The notes: generated from the letters alone by a model not told the origin. A stretch of DNA of 64,000 nt from an uncultured cyanobacterium (GCA_963766075.1 CAVYAN010000086.1:1-64000), one strand, 5' to 3'; shown: positions 22,891 to 33,666, counted from the first letter of the stretch. Made by a program: numbers and translations.

Positions 22891-22923
22891 GAAAGCCCGG
22901 AGCATTGACTGTTCCGGGCTTTC
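22891..22923 (-). terminator. Hairpin downstream of plmA
   Basis: GAAAGCCCGGA...TCCGGGCTTTC inverted repeat. Confidence 0.7.
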
Positions 22924-22980
22924 GCCATGGGATAACGCACGTTGGTCAATAGATTCTTTTCGGTATAGGACTGGTCTGCC

Positions 22981-23964
22981 CTACTCCAGCCCCAGTTCCC
23001 GTTTCAGCAGTTCGACAGACTTGGTCACGATAAAGGTTTCACAACAAACCAGGTGGGGGGCACGAATCAAATGCTCCCGTGCTGCCGTGATCGCCGCTTT
23101 CACCGCCGCACAACTGGCTTGGTCGCTAATGATGGTATGGGCACTACGGGCGATCGCATTCAGCTTGTAGGCATCTTCTACCTGCGCGGTCATGACCAAC
23201 AGGTCATCGCCGCGCAGGCTGTGAATAATCACCTCCGCTACACCCACCGTGCCAGAACTGAGGCTGACAACGCCAAGGCAGGTTCCTTTGTTCAGAGAGC
23301 GAATGAGTTGAATTTCCTCATCAAAGTCATAAATATCGATGGGAATGACCCGCACCGACTTCGGGGCCGCGATCGCTTCCGCCTGGGCAATGAAATACCG
23401 GCTGGTGACCACCGTGCCAGAGCGGGTTTGGTCTAGGACTTGCCCCAATTCCTCCAGGGGAACAAGCTGTACCGGAATGTTCAGCGATCGCTCCAATTCC
23501 CGAACAATCACCTGCCCATTGCCCAGATCGTGGTTTGGCACTGTCACCAAAACCTGAGCGCTACACCGCAACCGCCAATCCACCTCGGCCAAGAACAGCT
23601 CGCGAGCCTGATTCAAAGAACATCCCAGCTTCAACAGATCATCCAGACTGTTCTGCACGACCTTGTACGCTTCTGGATTCTGGTCTAGGACAGGAGACTT
23701 GACCTTGGTGCCCCCATCATGAATCTGATCCCGCACGTAGATGCCTGAACCGGGATGGGCGTCCACCACACCGGCGTCTTCCAGTTGACGGTATACCTTG
23801 CTGATCGTATTCCGGTGCAAACCCGTCTGCATGGCAAGTTGGCGCGTACTCGGCAGGCGATGTCCTGGGGGAAACCGCCGCGAGGCGATCGCGAACAGAA
23901 TCTGGTTGTAAAGCTGCGTTGATGCCGGAATATCACTGTCTGCCTGAATGTGAAACTGAACCAT
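22981..23964 (-). CDS. plmA: Cyanobacterial GntR-family regulator PlmA
   Basis: MVQFHIQADSDIPASTQL, LPSTRQLAMQTGLHRNTISKVY, DWRLRCSA. Confidence 0.92.
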   Translation of the reverse strand: MVQFHIQADSDIPASTQLYNQILFAIASRRFPPGHRLPSTRQLAMQTGLHRNTISKVYRQLEDAGVVDAHPGSGIYVRDQIHDGGTKVKSPVLDQNPEAYKVVQNSLDDLLKLGCSLNQARELFLAEVDWRLRCSAQVLVTVPNHDLGNGQVIVRELERSLNIPVQLVPLEELGQVLDQTRSGTVVTSRYFIAQAEAIAAPKSVRVIPIDIYDFDEEIQLIRSLNKGTCLGVVSLSSGTVGVAEVIIHSLRGDDLLVMTAQVEDAYKLNAIARSAHTIISDQASCAAVKAAITAAREHLIRAPHLVCCETFIVTKSVELLKRELGLE

Positions 23965-24489
23965 ATGTACTGTTTTCCCAGCCTACCCCAAGGCTCAAGT
24001 GAAGTAATTCCATCCATGCACCCAAACCATTGTCGCGAAGTTCAGCATTTCCTCGATTCAGATCGTGGAGAAAGCAATATATTCTTGATAATTGGCCTAG
24101 GAGTCAATAGGTCAATTGCACTATACACATGGAATCGGAGAAGCTTAAAATCCTCGCCTCGATGCACCTTGCGTACACTTATTCAAAGTGCCCATCTGGC
24201 TTCGATGTGCAACTTCTTACGCTGGATCTCAGTATTGCTCCGTAAGGTTCTGGAGAAATGAAATTGTAATTTCAACGTGAATTTTCCTGTATAAAGTGAT
24301 TTGGAAGCGAATCTCGGCCTAGAAATATCGTCAATTTTTCATCAACGGTCCGATTTTTCAATGACGCCTAAAGCACCCTAAATCCTAGGTCCGTACGGAG
24401 GTCAGGCTCCAGTTCTATTGGACCTTCTGCATCTTAAACTGGGTGACAGGGATTGGCGCACTGGGTAACGGAGGTTGGAGAAAATTTTG

Positions 24490-25258
24490 ATGGATCTTTA
24501 TGAAATTGAACGCGGATGGGTGCAAGTGCCCCACCTGACCGGTCTACGGATTGATGCCTATTGGGCGACGCCCTGCTGGAGCCGGACCGTTTCCAGCAAT
24601 TTTAGTGATTCAAGAGATCTTCGGGGTGAATGCCCATATTCGCAGTGTGGTCGAGCGGTTGGCTCATTTGGGCTATGTTGCGATCGCCCCCGCCATTTTC
24701 CAACGCACAGCCCCTGGGTTTGAAGTCGGTTACAGTGCCGCAGAGACTGTCCTAGCCAGAACCTACAAGGACCTGACCACCGCAACAGAGTTGTTGAGTG
24801 ATGTACAAGCGACGATCGCCTATCTCCAAAAATTGCCCCAGGTCATCGGCGATCGCCTAGGTGCCATCGGCTTCTGCTTTGGGGGTCATGTGGTTTATCT
24901 GGCTGCCACACTCCCGGAGATTCACGCCACGGCCTCCTTTTATGGTGGCGGCATTGCCACGATGACGCCGGGAGGCGGCCCCCCAACGATTACCCGTACC
25001 CCCGAGATCCAGGGCGCACTCTACGCCTTTTTCGGGACAGAAGATCCCCTGATTCCCCTGGACCAAATAGAGGAAATCGCAGGGGCTCTGCACAGCCAAT
25101 CGGAGCGTCACCGGGTGTTTTGCTATCCGGCGGGGCATGGATTTTTCTGCGATCAGCGGGATGACTATAATCCAGCGGCAGCGGCGGATGCCTGGACTCA
25201 GGTACAAGCGCTGTTTCGGGAAAACCTGAGAGAAATAGGGGGAAATGGGGGCAATTAA
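24490..25258 (+). CDS. Dienelactone hydrolase family protein, +1 frameshift near 24571-24573 as given
   Basis: N-terminus in frame 24475 (IDAYWAT) joins frame 24551 (QEIFGVN, GFCFGG, AGHGFFCD) if one C of the CCC run is removed. Confidence 0.88.
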
Positions 25259-25440
25259 AAATTAAAGATTACAAATGTCACTACTCGGGTGGGTACGGAA
25301 AACCTGAGGCACTTTTAATTGCACCGGATCATTGCACCGGAGGTTACCAAAACGGTAACTGGCCGCGATCGCGAAATGGCACGCTCTATCGTCGTAGTAT
25401 TCATCGGCGATAGAGCGGGAAATCCGACAGGAGTGATGCC

Positions 25441-26973
25441 ATGCGTCCAGACTTATCTGAAATCTTATCCAAATTTGTCTCTCAAGGGTTTACGGTGCGG
25501 CTGGTGCTGGTGCTTTTGGCCCTGGGAGTGCCTTTGATGGTCCAGGCAGGGACAACCCTTGGCTCCAAATCGGCGATCGCCGTTTCACCGACGCCGTCTA
25601 CAACACCCCCCACCCCCATCATGGCCAAAATGGACCCCAGAGCCTTAGAACCCTATCAAGCCTACCGCGATGTCATTCAGCAAACGGTGGGTATGGTGAA
25701 CAATGCCACCGCCCAGGCCCTCGCCCAAAAAGTGGGCCTGAACATTCTCAACATTACCTGGGAAGACACAGGACGCTATCAAAATTCGGCGGTTGGCCCC
25801 AACATTAGTGACATGACGATTCAGGTGCAGCAGTTTAATCCTCGCAGCCAGCAGTACGAACTCAGTCTGATGCCTGTGATTCGGCACCCCAACTATGCCG
25901 ACGAGTCCGCCGATGTGCCCTTAGACCGCTTCTTTTTGTGGGTAGGTAACGAGCAGGGCAAAGCCCTCCGGCGGGTTTCCTTAAAGGATGTTCTGGGGGA
26001 TTTGCGGCAATACCTGCATCAACCGAACTCTTGGAAAGGTCGCCAAACCTCTCTGCTGGCAGATCGCGATACCCATGCATTGGTGAGTGCCCAAGCCTGT
26101 TTTTTGCCGATTCCGCAGGGTGAAAAGGCAGAATTCAATCCGGTGCTGTTCAATTACCAATCGACGGTGGGCAATCCGGCGGTGCTGACGATTTTAGCCA
26201 CGCGAGAGGGCACCAGCATGACGATTATTGACAATCAGCGGGATGGCTTTGAGGCAGGCCGCACCTGGGGACAACGGCTGTTTTTTAATAAAAATGGCGA
26301 TCGCGCCAGTTTGACGGGACAACGGCTGAGTGATTTTCAAGCCGTAGGGGGCGATCGTCCGATGTCTGAACCCGGCGTGTCTGCCGCTGGTGAATATGGC
26401 CTGAATCTGGTCTTGCTGATTCAAGTCCCGCTGAAGCAGAAAGTTGTCCCTTATCGGTCTGCGGAAGCCGCAGACATGATGCCCTTAGCGGCACCCGGGG
26501 CGATGAGCAGTAGGGCCCGCAGTAATGTGGAAGCCGCCGTGATTGGGCACGGACGGGTGGAAGGGCCCTTTACCGAAATCGACAATCTGGACATTGAACG
26601 CGATCCTCGGTTTCCGGTGCGGGTAACGGTGCAGTTTTACAAAGCCACAAGCAATGGCGTGGTGGCGGAATCGGACATGGTAGAAATCCGTAAACAAATT
26701 GCTCGGGTCTATGCTGATGCGGACTATGTGGGCAGTCTGGTGACCCAGGGGAACACCGGCAGACCGACGGAGTACGATGGTTCTAAGCAGGAGCCACCGG
26801 GGTGGTGGCAGGACTTTTGGCAGCGCTATGAGCAAAATACGGGACAGTCGCGGCAGGAGGCTCTGGCGATGTTGCGACGACTGCGGGGCGACACCTGGGT
26901 GCCGCGATCGCAGGCCGAACTGCAAGAAGAACTGAGACGCGCCCAGCCCCAATATCGGCGGCTGATATATTAA
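25441..26973 (+). CDS. Exported hypothetical protein, function unknown
   Basis: 510-aa ORF with GGAG SD and signal-like N-terminus; globular core ITWEDTGR...GPNISDMT...VSAQACFLP...LFNYQS. Confidence 0.8.
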   Translation: MRPDLSEILSKFVSQGFTVRLVLVLLALGVPLMVQAGTTLGSKSAIAVSPTPSTTPPTPIMAKMDPRALEPYQAYRDVIQQTVGMVNNATAQALAQKVGLNILNITWEDTGRYQNSAVGPNISDMTIQVQQFNPRSQQYELSLMPVIRHPNYADESADVPLDRFFLWVGNEQGKALRRVSLKDVLGDLRQYLHQPNSWKGRQTSLLADRDTHALVSAQACFLPIPQGEKAEFNPVLFNYQSTVGNPAVLTILATREGTSMTIIDNQRDGFEAGRTWGQRLFFNKNGDRASLTGQRLSDFQAVGGDRPMSEPGVSAAGEYGLNLVLLIQVPLKQKVVPYRSAEAADMMPLAAPGAMSSRARSNVEAAVIGHGRVEGPFTEIDNLDIERDPRFPVRVTVQFYKATSNGVVAESDMVEIRKQIARVYADADYVGSLVTQGNTGRPTEYDGSKQEPPGWWQDFWQRYEQNTGQSRQEALAMLRRLRGDTWVPRSQAELQEELRRAQPQYRRLIY

Positions 26974-27140
26974 TCTGGCAACTGATATATTAATCTCGAG
27001 CTAATCTCAAACGGGGAAAGCGCACATCTGCGGTGAGCAGCTAGCATGGCGCTTTCCCCTGGTTCGGGGATCATGGTAGGCTTTCACCGCCATCCCCGAA
27101 CATCGCGGCACTATCCTCAACCCCAATTCCCCGGATTCCC

Positions 27141-27521
27141 ATGTTCGATCATCTTTCTTTCCACGTGGCCGACATGGCCAAAAGTGTCCGCTTCTATGAC
27201 GCGGCGCTCGCCCCCCTAGAAGTGCAGCGAACCTTTTCGATGCCGGACACCGTGGCCTACGGGTGGGCACAGCAAAGGATGTGTTTTTGGCTCTACGACG
27301 GCAAATCCGATGACAACCCGCCGCCACTGCGGCAGCACTTAGCGTTGCGGGCCCTAAACCGCCAAGCGGTCGATGAATTTTATGCCGCCGCGATCGCCCA
27401 GGGCGGTCAAGACAATGGCCCTCCGGGCCTGCGTCCGCACTACCATCCCCACTACTACGCCGCTTTTGTGATTGATCCCGATGGCTATAAGCTCGAAGCC
27501 GTCTGTCACCATCCGGAGTAG
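27141..27521 (+). CDS. VOC/glyoxalase family protein
   Basis: MFDHLS, VDEFYAAAIAQGGQDNGPPGLRP, YAAFVIDPDG. Confidence 0.92.
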   Translation: MFDHLSFHVADMAKSVRFYDAALAPLEVQRTFSMPDTVAYGWAQQRMCFWLYDGKSDDNPPPLRQHLALRALNRQAVDEFYAAAIAQGGQDNGPPGLRPHYHPHYYAAFVIDPDGYKLEAVCHHPE

Positions 27522-27551
27522 CCCTGCATCCTACTCGGCGGAATTCTTTGT

Positions 27552-27800
27552 CTAGGTGGGTACCAGTTCTCCGGGGCGTAAGCGAGACCATTTCCCCGTG
27601 TCTGCCAAAAAGCTTTCACACCCCACGACATCCCATTCCATTTCAATGTAGTCATCTTGGTGGCGGATATTGACGTTAATCGTCGGCTCTGTCGCTTCAA
27701 AACTAGGACAGTCGGTGAGGTGGGGCTGCTGGTGCTGCCCCTCAACGGCATGGTAGGTGGTGCAGCGGTCCACATAATGACAGTTGACGCAAATACACAT
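27552..27800 (-). CDS. ycf34: Ycf34 family Fe-S protein
   Basis: MCICVNCHYVDRCTTYHAVE...EWDVVGCESF. Confidence 0.93.
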   Translation of the reverse strand: MCICVNCHYVDRCTTYHAVEGQHQQPHLTDCPSFEATEPTINVNIRHQDDYIEMEWDVVGCESFLADTGKWSRLRPGELVPT

Positions 27801-28009
27801 AGTGACTCCTGGGTTAGTCCTGGCGGATTTCCGGCGGGTTTCCACAAATATCCGTGACTTTTCTGATAATGTAGCTCAGGCGCAGGCGCGATTTCCAGGT
27901 TGGCACGGGCTTTGTTACGAACGGTCAAGCTGGCTTTTGTGTGCAATGTTCCTGTGTGCAATGTTCAATTCCTGCTCGTATTTGAATTGCCTCGTTAGGA
28001 TTAGATCAC

Positions 28010-29563
28010 TTGTTAGACCAACTCTCCTTGAATCAGCGCTCTTTTTTGCCGTCGATCGCAGCGGACTTGTCGCCGGTGCTGGCTCCCGAGTCGTGGCCCT
28101 TTGGAATAGAGTGGCTGCCCGCTTCTGCATGCTTGGTTGGGGGGAGTGTGCGCGATGCCCTACTGGGACGACAGGGAGACTACTTAGATTTGGATTTTGT
28201 GCTGCCCGAGGGAGCCGTGGAGACCGCCCAGGCGATCGCCCAGCATTACAAGGCGGGCTTTGTTTTGCTGGATGCCGAACGACAAATTGCCCGAGTGGTG
28301 TTTCCCCAAGGGACAGCGGACTTTGCTCAACAGGTTGGCCCCACGTTGGAAACCGATCTGCGGCGACGAGACTTTACCGTGAATGCGATCGCCTATAACC
28401 CCCACCGAGATCAACTGCTGGATCCGGTACAGGGCTATGCCGATTTGCAAACACGCACCATTCGCATGGTGTCGTCAGTCAACCTAGCGGAGGATCCGCT
28501 GCGACTCCTGCGAGCCTACCGCCAAGCGGCGCAGTTAGGCTTTAGCTTGCAGCCGGAAACGCGGGCTGTCGTGCGGACCCTAGCCCCGAAATTACGGACA
28601 ATTGCGGCAGAACGGGTGCAGTCAGAGCTGAATTATTTGTTGCGAACGGCTAAGGGAACACCCTGGCTGACGATGGCGTGGCAGGATGGCGTTCTTCAGG
28701 ATTGGTTTCCGGCGGCAACAGCCCAGAGCTTGCACTGGCTGGCGGATTGCGATCGCCTGATGGCGCAGATCCAGGAGGTACGGCCAGAATTTGCGTTGCA
28801 ATTGGGCCAGCGGATTCGCAGTGGCGACAAAAAAATGGGGACGATGGGGACTAGCGATCCCAAAGGCGCGGGTTCCAGTCGCACCTGGTTATCTTTGGCT
28901 AAGCTGACCTGTCTACTCGCCGCTGATCCAGCCTTGGCAGAACTGCAACTGCGACGGCTGAAGTACAGCCGCCATGAAATTCAGGCCATGGGGACGATTC
29001 TTAAGGCTTTGCCGCAGTTCTATCGAGATTTGGCTGGAGAAAGTCTAGATGGGAAAAGCCTAGACGGAGAGATTCTGGACAGGGAGCCTCTGGTTGGAGA
29101 AGTGCATCGAGAGGCTATAGACGTTCTAACTTTGGACAATCCAACTTTGGACGATCCGACTTTGGACGATCCGACTTTGGACAATGCAGGCAATACGCCA
29201 ATTGTCATGGCTGATCTGGCCGTGCGACTGTCACGACGGGAACTGTCACGACGGGAACAATTCTTATTCTTCCAGAATGTAGGAGCGACCTTTCCGGCGA
29301 TCGGCCTGTTAGTGCTGGCTCTGGGTATCCCTATGGCAGCTCTAGATCCCCTGATTCAGCGATTTCTGACGCCGGATGACCCGGTGGCCCATCCGATGCC
29401 ATTACTAACAGGACAACAGTTGATGACTGGACTAGGACTGTCGCCCGGTCCCCAAGTGGGTCAAATTCTGGCGGAAATTCAGCTTGCCCACGCAGAAGCT
29501 AGGATTCAGACGGCGGCGGATGCCCTCCAGTTGGCCAAACAGTGGCTGCATGCAAAACATTGA
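28010..29563 (+). CDS. cca: tRNA nucleotidyltransferase (CCA-adding enzyme family)
   Basis: LVGGSVRDALL, DLDF, DLRRRDFTVNAIA, EDPLRLLRAYR, ERVQSEL. CC- versus CCA-adding specificity not determined. Confidence 0.9.
   Translation: MLDQLSLNQRSFLPSIAADLSPVLAPESWPFGIEWLPASACLVGGSVRDALLGRQGDYLDLDFVLPEGAVETAQAIAQHYKAGFVLLDAERQIARVVFPQGTADFAQQVGPTLETDLRRRDFTVNAIAYNPHRDQLLDPVQGYADLQTRTIRMVSSVNLAEDPLRLLRAYRQAAQLGFSLQPETRAVVRTLAPKLRTIAAERVQSELNYLLRTAKGTPWLTMAWQDGVLQDWFPAATAQSLHWLADCDRLMAQIQEVRPEFALQLGQRIRSGDKKMGTMGTSDPKGAGSSRTWLSLAKLTCLLAADPALAELQLRRLKYSRHEIQAMGTILKALPQFYRDLAGESLDGKSLDGEILDREPLVGEVHREAIDVLTLDNPTLDDPTLDDPTLDNAGNTPIVMADLAVRLSRRELSRREQFLFFQNVGATFPAIGLLVLALGIPMAALDPLIQRFLTPDDPVAHPMPLLTGQQLMTGLGLSPGPQVGQILAEIQLAHAEARIQTAADALQLAKQWLHAKH
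29129..29188. repeat. In-frame 15-bp tandem repeat x4 inside cca (TLDNP/TLDDP)
   Basis: ACTTTGGACRATSCR units read directly. Confidence 0.9.
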
Positions 29564-29763
29564 AGCGGATTCTGCCATAACGCATGCCGACGGCTATAAG
29601 TATGGTAAAGTAAGCATCGCACTAATTCTGGATAAATGCAGACTGTTGGGGTCGCTCACCCTCGCGAAGTGTGGCTTAAGCAAAACGCGAGATCTTTGTG
29701 GTGTCGATTCACTTCAGATAAGACTGCACCCGCTCAATTCAGTGGTTTTACAAGGGGTAAACA

Positions 29764-29952
29764 ATGGCTAAGCGCCGCAATCAAAAGAAAGAAAAAGCAC
29801 TTCGGAATCAAGCCTACGCTCGGAAGTTTCGCAAAAAGACCAACAATTCCCGGATGGGCGGTAGACGCCGGATGGATGGTGGCGGTCGCATGGGTGAAGG
29901 CGATGGCGAACAGGAAAATACCAGCCAGGGTGCAGAAGGCGCAGAAGATTAG
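29764..29952 (+). CDS. Small basic hypothetical protein
   Basis: MAKRRNQKKEKALRNQAYARKFRKK with an acidic tail; SD-like AGGGG upstream. Confidence 0.8.
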   Translation: MAKRRNQKKEKALRNQAYARKFRKKTNNSRMGGRRRMDGGGRMGEGDGEQENTSQGAEGAED

Positions 29953-30155
29953 TTTGGCGCTCTTGCCCCAGTGCACGCTCGTTTGTCACCCCTTGGCCTA
30001 CACAGCTTGGTCAAGGCAGCCTAATCAGCACAAGTTATCAGCAAAAAGCTCACTGTTGTCTTTAGGGCAACAGTGAGCTTTGGCCTATCCATAATGTTAT
30101 AAGATCCCGCCCGACTGCATTGACAGCCCTTCTAACGATACTGATCCCCTGGACC

Positions 30156-31982
30156 TTAGGCGGGGTAAATCCGCAGGCGGCGATTGGGTTCTTCGCCAAA
30201 ACTGCGGGATTTGAGGTGATAATGTTCGACGAGTTCGTGCTGCATTTTCCGCACGGTTGCCGAACGCGGCAGCAGTTCCACAGGTTGACTTTTAGGAATC
30301 ACGATTTGCTCGACCGCAAGACGGGCTTCCTCTAGCGCTTCCAGCTCGTCATCGTTATTGCCGCTGCGGGCGAACAGAGTCAGATCTGCGACATCCGGAG
30401 CATTGGGATCGTCCATATCCAAGAGACGCCGTAGGCTGCGGGCGATTTGGGGAATGGAACTGGATTTGACGGTGTGAATCGGGATTTGCCGAAGCTTGGC
30501 GAAGTTCCGCAGTTTTGAGTGGTTTTTGACGTGCGATCGCAACGACAGCACCGCATCCGCATGCTCCAAATCCTTCGTGAGCACCACGGGCAGCATCAAC
30601 GTTTGAATCACCTGATCCAACTGTTGCCGACTGACACCATAGGGATAGATATAGAGCATTTCTTCCCCATTTGGGCCGATCAGGCGTTCCCGAGGCGAGA
30701 TACCCGCGAGATCATCGCCCCCGATCTCTGGGTGTGGCGATCGCTGGAAGGACTCATTCAGCAACTGCTCAAACTGCTGCTCCTCAGAAAGGGACGGCGT
30801 GGGCAGGGGACGCATACGCCCGGAAGCGCGCCATCCCCGCACCTTGCCCTGTTCTCCAAAGGACGCGCCATTGTCCAACAGGCTATCCCGCCCGCCAAAC
30901 TGACTAAAGGAACTGCGCGATCGGCCTGCGGCGGCCCGCTGCTCCGCCACGGCATCCCCAACAGTGTCCGTGGACAGTTCATGGGTAATCACGACCTTGC
31001 CACTTTCACCAACAGTGCGAACTTGGGGATTGGGCTGGCGACCCCGTAGAATGCTATCGATCGTGTCGTCTACGTTTTCATGAATCACCCATTTCTGGCG
31101 TTCCAGCATTTCCACCGCAATGTCAAAGGTGGGAGGAGCCTTGCGCTCAAGGACGCTTTTTTGACTGCCCCGACGTCGCGCCTCTTCATCCCCTAGGGTC
31201 ACGGATTGAATTCCGCCCACCAGATCGGAGAGCGTAGGGTTTTTAATCAGGTTTTCCAGACGGTTGCCGTGGGCCGTACCCACCAATTGCACCCCGCGCT
31301 CGGCAATGGTGCGGGCGGCTAGAGCCTCTAGCTCGGTGCCAATTTCATCAATAACGATGACCTCGGGCATGTGATTTTCCACCGCTTCAATCATGACCTG
31401 ATGCTGCAATTCGGGGCGAGAGACTTGCATGCGGCGCGCCCGCCCAATCGCCGGATGCGGCACATCTCCATCCCCAGCAATTTCATTGGACGTATCGATA
31501 ATCACCACCCGTTTTTCCAGTTCATCCGCCAGGACGCGGGCAATTTCTCGAAGGGCGGTGGTTTTGCCGACGCCGGGACGGCCCAGCATTAAAATCGATC
31601 GGCCACTTTCCACGAGATCGCGAATCATGCCGATGGTGCCAAAAATGGCCCGCCCCACCCGGCAGGTCAGACCAATCACCTCGCCTTGGCGATTGCGAAT
31701 CGCACTAATCCGGTGCAGGGTGCGCTCGATGCCCGCCCGGTTGTCACCGCCAAAGGCTCCGACATGGGCAATGCATTCGTTTAAGTCGCCCAGGGACACG
31801 AGTTCTTCGGACAAGTACTCAGCCTTGCCCGGAAACCGCGCCTCCGGACGCCGCCCCAAATCAAGAACAACTTCGATCAGGGTGTCTTTTTGCGGGTGGT
31901 GGAGCAGCAGATCGCGAATTGAAATCGGTAAGATTTCCAGCAGCTTATTTAAGTCGTCGGTTACAGGTTCAAGCATGGGCAT
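30156..31982 (-). CDS. Ycf45/SpoIIIAA-like AAA ATPase with R3H domain
   Basis: GRPGVGKTT, DTSNEIAGDGD, VIDEIGT, RKMQHELVE. Confidence 0.93.
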   Translation of the reverse strand: MPMLEPVTDDLNKLLEILPISIRDLLLHHPQKDTLIEVVLDLGRRPEARFPGKAEYLSEELVSLGDLNECIAHVGAFGGDNRAGIERTLHRISAIRNRQGEVIGLTCRVGRAIFGTIGMIRDLVESGRSILMLGRPGVGKTTALREIARVLADELEKRVVIIDTSNEIAGDGDVPHPAIGRARRMQVSRPELQHQVMIEAVENHMPEVIVIDEIGTELEALAARTIAERGVQLVGTAHGNRLENLIKNPTLSDLVGGIQSVTLGDEEARRRGSQKSVLERKAPPTFDIAVEMLERQKWVIHENVDDTIDSILRGRQPNPQVRTVGESGKVVITHELSTDTVGDAVAEQRAAAGRSRSSFSQFGGRDSLLDNGASFGEQGKVRGWRASGRMRPLPTPSLSEEQQFEQLLNESFQRSPHPEIGGDDLAGISPRERLIGPNGEEMLYIYPYGVSRQQLDQVIQTLMLPVVLTKDLEHADAVLSLRSHVKNHSKLRNFAKLRQIPIHTVKSSSIPQIARSLRRLLDMDDPNAPDVADLTLFARSGNNDDELEALEEARLAVEQIVIPKSQPVELLPRSATVRKMQHELVEHYHLKSRSFGEEPNRRLRIYPA

Positions 31983-32084
31983 AGCAGCAATCTGTGAGTC
32001 AACAAGGAGGGGCGGGGCGTGGAAATAGCGCTATCTCCTGTCCGGAGGTAGGCTAACGTGTCGATGAGCTAGAGGCGCGGGAAT

Positions 32085-33488
32085 TTAGCAGCCGTGGACA
32101 TCGGTTGGGGAGTGGATGGGTGCATAGTCCAATGGAACATAGTCTGGGGCGGTGGAAGATGGCGGCATGGGCGTGGAGATAGACATGGGAGTCGGGAGGG
32201 CAAAGTTCAGGGAAGAAATAGGAGATTTCAGGGAAGAAATAAGAGTGCGGGCCAGTTCGACTCCTTGCGACAGCAATTCGGGAAAATCTTCTAACCCATG
32301 GGGCGCGATCGCTGTGCCGCTACCCCTCTCAGAAATCTGCTCCAATGCCGCTAAGCGATCCAATATGGGGGCCAATAGGGTCCGGGCATAGCTGCCGTAG
32401 GCAACTCCTGCAATGTAGCCCATTGCAGGAGGAGGAACCGGAAGCGGAGCCTGCGTCGGAATAGTTTCCGACTGAGCAGATTGGAGGGGGTGGGTGGGCA
32501 GAGGGGGGAGGAGTCGCAACAATCGCAGTTTGGTGACCGTATGGTGGTTGGTTCCCCCGGCCAGTTGCACGAATCCCGGTAGGGCGGCGGCTAAAACTTT
32601 TTGACCCAATTTAAGGGTGGCGCGAGTGGCTCCAGTGCCAATATCGCCACTCATGGGACGACCATCGGTTTGCCAAATTAGGGCACAGGGCAGGGGGGTA
32701 ATGGTGGCGTAGAGCGCCTGCAAATAGTCAATCAGCCCGTCGCCATCGGGGCAGCTAATTGCCACCAATTTAAGTCGAGCCAAGCCGGGAGCGATCGCGG
32801 CCCACAGCCGCCGAAAATCGGCGAGTCGCCCCACCTGAGTATGAATTTCGATCGCATCAATGCCAGATTCCCAGATCAGAGGAGCAATGGCAGCAGGGGT
32901 GGAAACATAAGCACGGGGGATAATGTTTTGGATGGGACAAATGGGCAGGCAGCGCCCACAACCATAGCAGCGATCGGCAATTACCCCGGATGCGGCAGCC
33001 TCAATTTGGGCGTTTCTCGTTGGGGTATGGCTCGTCGGGGAACTGCCCGTCAGGGTATCGCTGGCACTCGCCTGGGACGCGAAGACAATGGCCTGGGCGG
33101 GACAAACAGTTTCGCAAGGGCGAGAACAATCCGGCGGACAGTGACGGGCATCGAATTCGGCTTTGCGAAAGTGAGGATCTTCCCCATCGTTAAAGCTGAC
33201 CATTAGCCAAGGACCAAGGGACGCCGGGGATTCACACCTGTCCTTGAACCCAGTTTGAGCGCTGATCGGGGCTTGATCTGCCAACAACTCCCGGGCGGCG
33301 GCAATGCCGGCCTTAGCGGCTAGGATCACGGCAGGGTCAGCCGCTACGTCAATACAATCCGCTCCTGCCAGCGTGTACACTAACGCTAAATTCCGAATGG
33401 CAGGGAGATGTTGGTAGCTGGCACCACAGATTAGCTTGAACCAGTGCCCTTCCTGAAGCGATCGTAGCGGGTAGTACAAATCATTCAC
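32085..33488 (-). CDS. ldpA: Circadian clock Fe-S protein LdpA
   Basis: WFKLICGASYQH, EDPHFRKA, CPPDCSRPCETVCP, CYGCGRCLPICP, DGRPMSGDIG. Confidence 0.95.
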   Translation of the reverse strand: MNDLYYPLRSLQEGHWFKLICGASYQHLPAIRNLALVYTLAGADCIDVAADPAVILAAKAGIAAARELLADQAPISAQTGFKDRCESPASLGPWLMVSFNDGEDPHFRKAEFDARHCPPDCSRPCETVCPAQAIVFASQASASDTLTGSSPTSHTPTRNAQIEAAASGVIADRCYGCGRCLPICPIQNIIPRAYVSTPAAIAPLIWESGIDAIEIHTQVGRLADFRRLWAAIAPGLARLKLVAISCPDGDGLIDYLQALYATITPLPCALIWQTDGRPMSGDIGTGATRATLKLGQKVLAAALPGFVQLAGGTNHHTVTKLRLLRLLPPLPTHPLQSAQSETIPTQAPLPVPPPAMGYIAGVAYGSYARTLLAPILDRLAALEQISERGSGTAIAPHGLEDFPELLSQGVELARTLISSLKSPISSLNFALPTPMSISTPMPPSSTAPDYVPLDYAPIHSPTDVHGC

Positions 33489-33666
33489 TTCTCCATGCTA
33501 ATACCCTTCGCTCCAAAATGCGAGCCATAAGGGTTAGCTTTTTCTTTACCGCACGTTAACAGGAAAAGATTTGAATGACTGAGAGTGCCAGTGGGTCGCC
33601 TCAGAGTGGGTTGCCTTAGGGGCAAGGGAGAAATTCTCAGGTATGGCAGTACGCTATGGCCGTGGG

